DNA of 41,869 bases from contig CAIUUT010000159.1 in NCBI GenBank assembly GCA_903902445.1, forward strand, positions 1 through 41,869, written 5' to 3'. This DNA is from an uncultured Candidatus Marinamargulisbacteria bacterium (GTDB taxonomy: Bacteria > Margulisbacteria > Riflemargulisbacteria > GWF2-35-9). Shown here piece after piece: positions 1 to 7,059 of this stretch (position 1 is the first letter of the stretch; each line of letters starts with the position of its first letter). A program made the translations under genes and the position numbers. The notes beneath the pieces are model-generated. The model was not told the origin of the DNA and searched no databases. It saw only the letters and a list, made by a program, of their open reading frames with translations.

Positions 1-270
1 CATACTTTAATTACTATAAAAGTAAAAGAAAATCATAATAAATATATAATTTACGTTAATGATCAGGGAATTGGAATTAGTCATAAGAATATCGCCAATA
101 TCTTTAAAAGTATTCCCATTATAGACACGAAGAAAGAGACATCCTACAAAGCAAGTACTGGACAAGGTTTAGTTATCTGTAAGTCCATTTTAAATGAACT
201 AAATGGACAACTATTCATTTCTAGTAAAATCGGTAAGGGCAGTATTTTTCGCATAGAACTTCCGAAATAA
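1..270 (+). CDS. Sensor histidine kinase, C-terminal fragment (HATPase_c domain); 5' end lies outside the window
   Basis: Frame +1 is open from the window edge to TAA at 268-270. The translation ...YVNDQGIGISHKNIANIF...STGQGLVICKSILNELNGQLFISSKIGKGSIFRIELPK shows the G1 (DxGxG) and G2 (GxGL) ATP-lid boxes of histidine kinases. Confidence 0.7.
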   Translation, partial: HTLITIKVKENHNKYIIYVNDQGIGISHKNIANIFKSIPIIDTKKETSYKASTGQGLVICKSILNELNGQLFISSKIGKGSIFRIELPK

Positions 271-455
271 AAAGCACAAATTAATATTCATTCTAACTTC
301 CATATATTTCACTTTATGATATAATTCATATACTGATTATATACTAATACTATATTATTACTAATATATCGAATTAATTAAATATACAAGAAAAAACTCT
401 TTAGTCGGGCATTTTTTGTTTTTATGCGAACGGAAAAACAAGGAGAAAATATTAA

Positions 456-1211
456 ATGAAAAGAAGATTTGTTACCTTACCAGAAATTAGAAAAATAATC
501 AAAGATCGAAGGCTAGCTCTTGGCTATTCGCTACAAGATCTTGGTAGTATGGTGGACATTGACCGAAACACCATTAAACTTATGGAAGATGGAAAAATAA
601 ATGACCCCGGCTTTTCACGTATTCTTAAAATTCTTCATGCTTTAGGACTAGATGCAAGCTCCATAATGGCTTCCCCAAGTAAAGATAGTCACTTAGAACA
701 AATTGTTATATTAATTAAGCAGGAGTCGCTATTTAACATTAAGCAAAAAGAAATGTTAGTAACGCTCATTCAAAAGCAGATTGAAAAAAATGGTACTAAA
801 ATAAAAACTATATTGATTGTTGATGATCAGGAAATCTTTCTGAAAGGCGCAAAAGCCATGATCGAAAAGAAAGGATTTACTGTAGAAACAGCCACTAATT
901 ACAAATCATGTTTAGAATCTCTGACGAATACTATACCTGATCTAATTCTACTGGACATAGACCTAAAAGAAGATAAGAATGGATTAGATCTACTAACCTC
1001 CATCAAGAAACAATACCCCTCAATTCCTTGTGTTATGTTAACGGGTATACGAAATCAACAAATAGCTCAAGAGGCTCTTACGCTTGGGGCTTTCGACTAT
1101 ATAGATAAAAATGAAGATATGGACAAAATATTCTATATTATACCTAAGATTGAAGAGTTCGACAGAATGAGAGACAGCTACAAGGCTATCGAAGACCTGG
1201 TAACTAACTAG
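456..1211 (+). CDS. Response regulator with N-terminal XRE-type helix-turn-helix and C-terminal receiver (REC) domain
   Basis: 251-aa ORF with an AAGGAG Shine-Dalgarno about 9 nt upstream. The N-terminus (IRKIIKDRRLALGYSLQDLGSMVDIDRNTIKLMEDGK) looks like an XRE HTH. The C-terminus has REC hallmarks: IVDDQE, LILLDIDL (phospho-Asp), VMLTG, DYIDK. Confidence 0.8.
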   Translation: MKRRFVTLPEIRKIIKDRRLALGYSLQDLGSMVDIDRNTIKLMEDGKINDPGFSRILKILHALGLDASSIMASPSKDSHLEQIVILIKQESLFNIKQKEMLVTLIQKQIEKNGTKIKTILIVDDQEIFLKGAKAMIEKKGFTVETATNYKSCLESLTNTIPDLILLDIDLKEDKNGLDLLTSIKKQYPSIPCVMLTGIRNQQIAQEALTLGAFDYIDKNEDMDKIFYIIPKIEEFDRMRDSYKAIEDLVTN

Positions 1212-1654
1212 TTTTTTCGTAGGTCCTTAAAGAACTCCTGTAACAATAATTTACTTCTTATATCTTCTCTGTATTCATAGCTAACACGGTGTCCCAACAG
1301 ATTATCATCAAACAAAGTATACTGACTAACAACGCACCCGAACTTTGCGTCCAAACTAGTAAATACTACTTTCTCCATACGGGACTGTAAAATAGCCCCT
1401 GCACACATGATACATGGCTCCAAGGTTGTATACAGGACACAACCATCTAGTCGCCAAGAGGCCAGCATCTTGCAAGCCTTTTCAATGGCCATAGTTTCAG
1501 CATGGTATAAAGCATTACTTTTTGTAATTCTCAAATTATGGGCTTTGGCAAGAACAATGCCATCTTTAACAATAACTGCACCAACTGGCACTTCATTTTT
1601 ATCTTTGGCTTTCAGCGCCTCTGAATAGGCTAACTCTATATATTTATCTAGCAA
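1208..1654 (-). CDS. tadA: tRNA-specific adenosine deaminase
   Basis: 148 aa with the CDA zinc motifs HAE (YHAETMAIEKA) and PCxxC (EPCIMCAGAI). Size is typical of TadA. Confidence 0.9.
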   Translation of the reverse strand: MLDKYIELAYSEALKAKDKNEVPVGAVIVKDGIVLAKAHNLRITKSNALYHAETMAIEKACKMLASWRLDGCVLYTTLEPCIMCAGAILQSRMEKVVFTSLDAKFGCVVSQYTLFDDNLLGHRVSYEYREDIRSKLLLQEFFKDLRKN

Positions 1655-3224
1655 TTAATATAGGCCTTACTTGCTTATCCTGACTTAAATATCCAGCTGC
1701 CACTTCATTGTATACAAGTGCGAGATAATCGATGATGTCCTGAGCAAAAAGCTTCTCACCTCCAATATATTTCACAGCTAGGTCAGCAGCTCTGGAATGT
1801 ACAAAGCAACCAAGCTGTAAGGTAGCTATAATGTCGACGTTGTTTACCAAAGCACCCAGTATACCTGAGAGGATATCACCAGACCCAGCTTTTGCCATTC
1901 CAGGATTCCCATAAAGCAAATAATACACGGCACCTGCTGGGGTTGCGATTACCGTTCTGGCTCCCTTTAATACAATATAGGCTTTAGTAGTTCGCGCTAA
2001 GCTAAGTGCGAACTCATGCGGACACGTTGCAATTTCTTCAGCATTTACCTTAAGTAAACGCGAAGCCTCACCATAATGCGGAGTAAGTATGGTCGGCGAA
2101 TTTCTTTTACTTATCTTATCCTGCCAATCTGAAATTTTAACTAGATTATTCAAGCCGTCCGCATCCAATACAAGGGGTTTATTTATCGTCAATATTTGCT
2201 CCACTAATATAACATTTACCTCGGATACCCGCATACCTGGTCCCAATACAATTGATGAAAGATTATGGGTATTTAAAAATGAAAGGATATACTCAATACT
2301 TTCTGGACAAAACTTGCCATCAAAATCCTTTACAGGCAAGGTCATTTCCTGCAATAAATTTGTGGACACAATATTGTTTATTGACTCAGGGATAACACAA
2401 GTCACCATTCCAGCGCCAGCACTCATCGCGGACTTAGCTGCCATGACTACAGCTCCTGACATACCGATACTTCCCCCTACAATAGCCACACTTCCGTTCC
2501 TGTATTTATGTGTGTCCATTTCTATCTTCGGCAAGGAAAGCTCTTGCGGACTAATTACGAAACACTGTATACCACTATCATAGGCGGCATCTAGACCTAT
2601 TTCCACCACGAATACTTCTCCTGACTGTTGGCAAGCAGGGTAGAGTATATGACAATATTTTGGGTAGCCAATGGCTAGGGTATACGTAGCTCTAACGCTC
2701 ACCTGCTGAGACTGCCCACTATCTGCATAAATTCCAGAAGGGATGTCCACACTTACAATATCATTATTGAGTTTTGCTAAATACTCAATTACCTTTAACT
2801 TTAGTCCAGAAAGAGGGGGGGTAAAACCAACGCCAAGAATGGCGTCGAGAATAACATCATCCTTTCGAATAACACTTTCCAATTCAAATACATTAGCCTC
2901 ATTAATAAAAACAACATTTTGACCAAGTCTCTCCGCTATTTGCAAATTTAGTAATAAATCAGAAGACAAGTTATCCCTAGAATTGGCAAGAATAAAAATC
3001 ACTACTTCCCTACCATAATTTACTAAATTCCTTGCCACCACCAAGCCATCACCACCATTGTTCCCAGTTCCAGCAATGATTACAAATCGGCCTTTAAATC
3101 GACACAACAAAAAAGAAGAAATAGCTCTGCCTGCATTTTCCATTAACACACAAGAGGCAATACCCGTATCTTGAATTGTTCGTCTATCGATTTCATTCAT
3201 TTCCGAAGAATAAACTATTTTCAT
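1644..3224 (-). CDS. nnr: Bifunctional NAD(P)H-hydrate repair enzyme (epimerase / ADP-dependent dehydratase)
   Basis: An N-terminal YjeF_N-like domain (MENAGRA, GTGNNGGDG) is followed by a C-terminal carbohydrate-kinase-like domain (GPGMR, GSGDILSG). I place the start at ATG 3224 (MKIVYSSEMNEIDRRT), which matches the usual Nnr N-terminus, not at the TTG at 3254 used by the ORF track. Confidence 0.85.
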   Translation of the reverse strand: MKIVYSSEMNEIDRRTIQDTGIASCVLMENAGRAISSFLLCRFKGRFVIIAGTGNNGGDGLVVARNLVNYGREVVIFILANSRDNLSSDLLLNLQIAERLGQNVVFINEANVFELESVIRKDDVILDAILGVGFTPPLSGLKLKVIEYLAKLNNDIVSVDIPSGIYADSGQSQQVSVRATYTLAIGYPKYCHILYPACQQSGEVFVVEIGLDAAYDSGIQCFVISPQELSLPKIEMDTHKYRNGSVAIVGGSIGMSGAVVMAAKSAMSAGAGMVTCVIPESINNIVSTNLLQEMTLPVKDFDGKFCPESIEYILSFLNTHNLSSIVLGPGMRVSEVNVILVEQILTINKPLVLDADGLNNLVKISDWQDKISKRNSPTILTPHYGEASRLLKVNAEEIATCPHEFALSLARTTKAYIVLKGARTVIATPAGAVYYLLYGNPGMAKAGSGDILSGILGALVNNVDIIATLQLGCFVHSRAADLAVKYIGGEKLFAQDIIDYLALVYNEVAAGYLSQDKQVRPILIAR

Positions 3225-3284
3225 AAATATTATTATAAAGCATTTTAATAACAATAAATATATTATTTTATCAAACCTACGCTA

Positions 3285-3313
3285 TTGACTTGCTATAATC
3301 AACATGTTATATT
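3285..3313 (+). promoter_or_regulatory. Candidate sigma70-type promoter for the tRNA-Val/tRNA-Glu pair
   Basis: TTGACT (3285-3290), a 17-nt spacer, then TATATT (3308-3313), about 90 nt upstream of tRNA-Val. Confidence 0.4.
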
Positions 3314-3401
3314 TTCCCCTGCTCAATAACTTGAGAACATTCAAGATACAAGTGAAATTAATTTTCCAGTATTTAGTGACTCAGTTGTATATGATTAAAG
3401 A

Positions 3402-3477
3402 GGGCGGTTAGCTCAGTTGGTAGAGCAACTGGTTTACACCCAGTAGGTCGGCAGTTCGAACCTGTCACCGCCCACCA
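3402..3477 (+). tRNA. tRNA-Val (anticodon UAC), CCA encoded
   Basis: Hand-folded cloverleaf. Acceptor GGGCGGT/ACCGCCC, D-arm GCTC/GAGC, anticodon stem ACTGG/CCAGT with loop TTTACAC, T-arm GGCAG-TTCGAAC-CTGTC, discriminator A followed by CCA. Confidence 0.95.
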
Positions 3478-3576
3478 AAAAATGTCATTAGCGCTTAGCA
3501 TTATGCTCTTTGCTTAGTATATTTAATATAATGAGATTTTGCCAAAGGCTAATAGCAAAAAGCTAATAGCTCAACT

Positions 3577-3651
3577 GGCCCCATCGTCTAGTGGTTAGGA
3601 CACCAGGTTTTCAACCTGTAAGCGGGGGTTCAATTCCCCCTGGGGCTGCCA
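3577..3651 (+). tRNA. tRNA-Glu (anticodon UUC), CCA encoded
   Basis: Acceptor GGCCCCA/TGGGGCT, D-arm GTCT/GGAC, anticodon stem CCAGG/CCTGT with loop TTTTCAA, T-arm GGGGG-TTCAATT-CCCCC, discriminator G followed by CCA. Confidence 0.95.
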
Positions 3652-4429
3652 TTCATCTTCCTATTCAGACATTTTACAAGGAGACTATGTCTCCTTCATC
3701 GTCCTCGAGCTTAGCTCGGGACTGAACCTCCTTCATGTCAGCGACACAAACCAAAGGGCTTCCTTCCCTTTGAAATCCCTTAAGAGCATATATTCTCTTT
3801 CGACTAGTTTAGTAATCAGCCAGTGCTATCCTGCGCTTGTTAGAAGTGTACGTTTCACCATGTTTTACCGGCATATATTTAAAATGTAGGGACACTGACA
3901 TTAACTATTACAATGAAAAAAATCTAAAGGGATTTTTGCGAAACTGATAAGATCGTCATTTTTATCAACCAAAGCAATTAATTCCTGATTTCTAATTATA
4001 GGAAATAATTTCAATTAATATACAAAAGTAACAATATGCATAAATTACTCACTAAATAATCACATCATCAATAAGTTATATGTAACACACAAATCAGCCC
4101 CAATAAAGCCATTGAAAATAAAATATTAATATAAGCGCTGGCACTAATGAATAAAAATCGATTATAGCGGCATTAATGACACAAGAAAGCTAAAATAATC
4201 CTAAAAATACACTAAATCGATAATTAAACATCAATTAATATAATAACTTATAAACATATACACAAAATCTACAAATATTAACAATTTGTTGATTTATCAA
4301 CAGTGCTACTAAATACCAACATACTTGTCAAGCCCACCACAATCAAACCAACCCTAACCCAATCAAATCAAGGAAAACACAACAAATTTCTCAACACCAA
4401 ACAACCACCCATAAACACTTACGAATTAC

Positions 4430-4457
4430 ATGTCGCATAATATATATTATGTTAAAT
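4430..4457. other. dif: Candidate chromosome dimer resolution site dif (XerC/XerD recombination site)
   Basis: ATGTCGCATAA-TATATA-TTATGTTAAAT compared with E. coli dif GGTGCGCATAA-TGTATA-TTATGTTAAAT. The XerD arm matches 11/11, the central region 5/6 and the XerC arm 7/11 (CGCATAA). It lies in an ORF-free region toward which flanking genes converge. Confidence 0.7.
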
Positions 4458-4577
4458 TTGCGATATAAAGAGAGTTCAATCGCTGTATAGCACTAACGTG
4501 CTCAGTCGTACTGCTGCGTTAAATATTTTGTATTAGAAAAAACTTAGCGGAATTTTTTTAAGAAAGAAAAAAGCTTC

Positions 4578-5402
4578 TTAGATACTTTCTTTTTCTTTAT
4601 TTATTAATTCTTTATAATAGATAGCTTTTTGCTTGGCTACTTGCGCAAAATCTTTAGCGCGACTTGCATATAAAACATCTCTGGAAACATTAAATAAACA
4701 ATAATCTCTTTGCTGGATTTGGCAATTGGTTAAAACACTAGAAACCGAGCCACCCTGCGTACCAATACCCGGTATTAAGAAGTAACTATTCTTTAAAATA
4801 CTGGCTACACTGGAGAAATATTCAGGTTTTGTAGCCCCTACTACAGCTCCACAATTCTGATATTTATCATCTAATATCTTCACTATCTTACAGGTCTTTT
4901 CATATAAAAATGAACCATCTTCTAGCTTTAAAAGCTGTAAGTCATTGCCACCAGGATTTGAAGTTAACACCAGAGCAAAAACATATTTGTCCCTATATTC
5001 CAAAAACGGCTCCAGCGTATCCGCTCCCATATATGGGCTTAATGTCACAGAATCTGCTTTATAGTCCTCGAAAACCGATTTAGCGTACATCTTAGCAGTA
5101 TTCCCAATATCTCCACGCTTAGCATCCAGAATAACAGGAATATCCGCAGGAATGTAAGCAAGTATCTTATGCAACTGTTCAATACCTGCAAGCCCCATAG
5201 CCTCGAAAAAAGCGATATTCGGCTTGTAGGCAACCACACTATCGAAGGTGGCATCAATAATCTGTTTAGCGAAAGAAAAAAAGGCGTCCTTGCCTGTAAT
5301 TGATTCAGGAAACTTGGCAAGCTCAAGATCTAAACCCACAACCAAGTTGGAATTGTTTTTCTTTTGAATATTTTTGATTTTTTCTTGAAAAGTACCGAAC
5401 AT
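4578..5402 (-). CDS. pyrF: Orotidine 5'-phosphate decarboxylase (long type-2 form)
   Basis: 274 aa with LVVGLDLE and DAKRGDIGNT motifs. The start overlaps the pyrE stop (TAATG). Confidence 0.9.
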   Translation of the reverse strand: MFGTFQEKIKNIQKKNNSNLVVGLDLELAKFPESITGKDAFFSFAKQIIDATFDSVVAYKPNIAFFEAMGLAGIEQLHKILAYIPADIPVILDAKRGDIGNTAKMYAKSVFEDYKADSVTLSPYMGADTLEPFLEYRDKYVFALVLTSNPGGNDLQLLKLEDGSFLYEKTCKIVKILDDKYQNCGAVVGATKPEYFSSVASILKNSYFLIPGIGTQGGSVSSVLTNCQIQQRDYCLFNVSRDVLYASRAKDFAQVAKQKAIYYKELINKEKESI

Positions 5403-5923
5403 TAGATTCCGAGGTCTTTAATGGTAAGAAGCGTATCGTGTTTGTACCCCGCTTCTTCAATAAATTTTTGCGCACCTTGCAAACGATCTATTGTTCCGAG
5501 AATCGCGATTACCTCAACACCCAGCCGCTTAAGAATATCAGCCGATTTAATAGCTGCTCCACCCGTTGTTAAGATATCCTCAATCATAAGTACTTTTTTA
5601 ACACCAATAAGACTACCCTCCACTTGTTTAGAGGTTCCATAATCTTTTTGTTCTTTTCTCACTATAACAAAGTTTTTTTGAGTTTTCATACTTACCGCAG
5701 CTGCAATTGCCACCGCACCTAGCTCTGGAGCTGCAATAGCATCAAATTCTGGGTATTCTTTTTTAATTTTTGCCGCAAATGCATCCGATAATTTTTCTAA
5801 AATTTCTGCATTTGTAGCAAATAAATACTTATCTAAGTAATATTTACTAATTAAACCTGAACGAAGTACGAATTCCCCTTCCAAGTACGCAGCAGCTTTA
5901 ATAAGTTGCGCTAACTCAGACAT
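5402..5923 (-). CDS. pyrE: Orotate phosphoribosyltransferase
   Basis: 173 aa with the PRPP-binding loop VLMIEDILTTGGA. The start overlaps the rplY stop (TAATG). Confidence 0.9.
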   Translation of the reverse strand: MSELAQLIKAAAYLEGEFVLRSGLISKYYLDKYLFATNAEILEKLSDAFAAKIKKEYPEFDAIAAPELGAVAIAAAVSMKTQKNFVIVRKEQKDYGTSKQVEGSLIGVKKVLMIEDILTTGGAAIKSADILKRLGVEVIAILGTIDRLQGAQKFIEEAGYKHDTLLTIKDLGI

Positions 5924-6489
5924 TAGGCCTTAGTTGTTTTATTTACTACAACAAATACTTTTTGAGTTGCTGGAACTTTCATAACTTCAACACTGGCAGG
6001 TAGCACTAAATCCTTAACGGTAAGCTCTGCGCTTAAGTCTAAATTTGTGACATCCACAGCCACTTCCTTCATAATATCTGTTGGAAGAATTTTCATAGTA
6101 AGTTCATACATTTTCTGTTCAAGAGCTCCACCCTTCTTAGAACCAATAGCCACGCCTTTTGGTTTAATAGGTAGAGTAATTTTTACTTTTTCTGACTCTT
6201 TTACTGATTTAAAATCCATATGTAGGATTTGCTTTGAAATAGGATGAAACTGAATACCATAAGGAATAGCATCAAATGATTCTTTACCAAAATCTAAAGT
6301 GAAAATATTGTATTTACCATTGGCAGTAAATAATAGTTTGTATAAATTATCGTAATTTGTAGTAAAACTCTTAGTTTCAATATCCTTACCATATAAGTTA
6401 CCAATCAACTTACCAGCTGCTCTTAGCTTCTTTACTTTTTCCTTACCTAACTCTGTACGATCTTCAACACTAATCTTAATTTTGTCCAT
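5923..6489 (-). CDS. rplY: 50S ribosomal protein L25 / general stress protein Ctc (long form)
   Basis: 188 aa. The N-terminus is L25-like (R..LGKEKVKKLRAAGKLIGNLYG) and is followed by the Ctc C-terminal domain. Confidence 0.85.
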   Translation of the reverse strand: MDKIKISVEDRTELGKEKVKKLRAAGKLIGNLYGKDIETKSFTTNYDNLYKLLFTANGKYNIFTLDFGKESFDAIPYGIQFHPISKQILHMDFKSVKESEKVKITLPIKPKGVAIGSKKGGALEQKMYELTMKILPTDIMKEVAVDVTNLDLSAELTVKDLVLPASVEVMKVPATQKVFVVVNKTTKA

Positions 6490-6553
6490 CTAATTCACCC
6501 TACCTATATTATTTCTGAGATAAAACCAGCCGCTATTTTAGCATAATGTTTAT

Positions 6554-6582
6554 TTCACATCAAGCAGGAAATCTGATATAAT
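6554..6582 (+). promoter_or_regulatory. Candidate promoter of ssrA
   Basis: TTCACA (6554-6559), a 17-nt spacer, then TATAAT (6577-6582), about 20 nt upstream of the mature tmRNA 5' end. Confidence 0.45.
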
Positions 6583-6602
6583 AAGGCTTCCTCAAATGTT
6601 CT

Positions 6603-6970
6603 GGGGGTGTATTTGGTCTCGACATGAAGATGTTTTAGTATACGGAGCGGGTCGAGGAGATGCCTGGCCTCGTTAAAAGGCATAAAAACATAAATGCAGA
6701 TTTTAAAGCCTCTTTTGGCTCAAAAACAGCATTAGCCGCTTAATAACAATTAAGTAGCGAGTTCTATCTGGTACGCCAACTATCAGTTAGCGCTTAATTA
6801 CGTTGGCTCATCCAGATAAAGGGCAACGGTTATTTGGAAAAATTTAGTTGCTTACCTGATTGGTGTTGGTTACATTATAACCTTCAGGGAAATAATCAAA
6901 GTAACTACGCTCGTAGTGCCTTATACTGGAAGCTTTATGGACAGGGGTTCGACTCCCCTCACCTCCACCA
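6603..6970 (+). ncRNA. ssrA: tmRNA (transfer-messenger RNA)
   Basis: The 5' GGGGGTG pairs with the 3' CACCTCC-A-CCA, including the G3:U pair typical of the alanine identity element. A T-arm GGGGTTCGACTCCCC is present. The internal tag frame GCA at 6696 to TAA at 6741-6743 encodes ADFKASFGSKTALAA, with the typical ALAA end. Confidence 0.95.
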
Positions 6971-6982
6971 AAAATCGCTAAC

Positions 6983-7002
6983 AGCCAAGTCTGAAGTTGG
7001 CT
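6983..7002 (+). terminator. Small hairpin just after ssrA (weak terminator candidate)
   Basis: AGCCAA (6983-6988) pairs with TTGGCT (6997-7002) around an 8-nt loop, followed by TGTATCT. The U-tract is poor. Confidence 0.3.
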
Positions 7003-7013
7003 TGTATCTAGGT

Positions 7014-7059
7014 GTAGAACGATATCAGGGTTCGCTATAGAATCCTGATATCGTTCTAC
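7014..7059. repeat. Perfect 16-bp inverted repeat with 14-nt spacer
   Basis: GTAGAACGATATCAGG (7014-7029) is the exact reverse complement of CCTGATATCGTTCTAC (7044-7059). No adjacent T-tract on either strand. Confidence 0.8.

Noticed and set aside
2089-2583. 164-aa plus-strand ORF. Similar antisense ORFs include 1407..1628, 5045..5326, 5421..5642, 6047..6247, 7740..7928, 9029..9238, 10902..11228, 12172..12444, 13261..13455 and 21723..22190. Others are 26001..26309, 28051..28392, 29258..29563, 31262..31657, 32053..32328, 32858..33319, 34594..34860, 38027..38353, 39192..39500 and 40216..40479.
   Set aside because: All lie antisense to, or out of frame within, strongly supported conserved genes, and their translations are low-complexity. 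They are shadow ORFs.
3225-3254. 10-codon TTG-initiated extension of nnr.
   Set aside because: The canonical Nnr N-terminus begins at the ATG at 3224. The extension is hydrophobic low-complexity sequence in promoter DNA.
3548-3570. Direct repeat GCTAATAGC-aaaaa-GCTAATAGC in the 99-nt spacer between the two tRNA genes.
   Set aside because: It is a real repeat, but it is short and lies in a processed spacer. No function can be supported from sequence alone.
3687-3725. 12-codon ORF MSPSSSSSLARD preceded by AAGGAG.
   Set aside because: The AAGGAG and the ATG are the two arms and loop of hairpin H1, with only 3 nt of spacing. There is no support for translation.
4033-4060. Second dif-like site (AATATGCATAA-ATTACT-CACTAAATAAT) that could delimit a Xer-integrated element (IMEX).
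   Set aside because: Only the GCATAA part of the left arm matches. The right arm matches about 4 of 11 positions, so it is not a credible Xer site.
3950-4310. Possible oriC: AT-rich ORF-free DNA with DnaA-box-like TTATCAAC(C/A) at 3962-3970 and 4294-4302.
   Set aside because: There are only two one-mismatch boxes and no dnaA/dnaN nearby. Flanking genes are transcribed toward this region rather than away from it. A near-canonical dif site lies 130 bp away. All of this points to the terminus, not the origin.
4350-4358. CCCTAACCC, a telomere-repeat-like string.
   Set aside because: It is a single 1.5-unit occurrence inside a low-complexity C/A-rich tract, so chance explains it.
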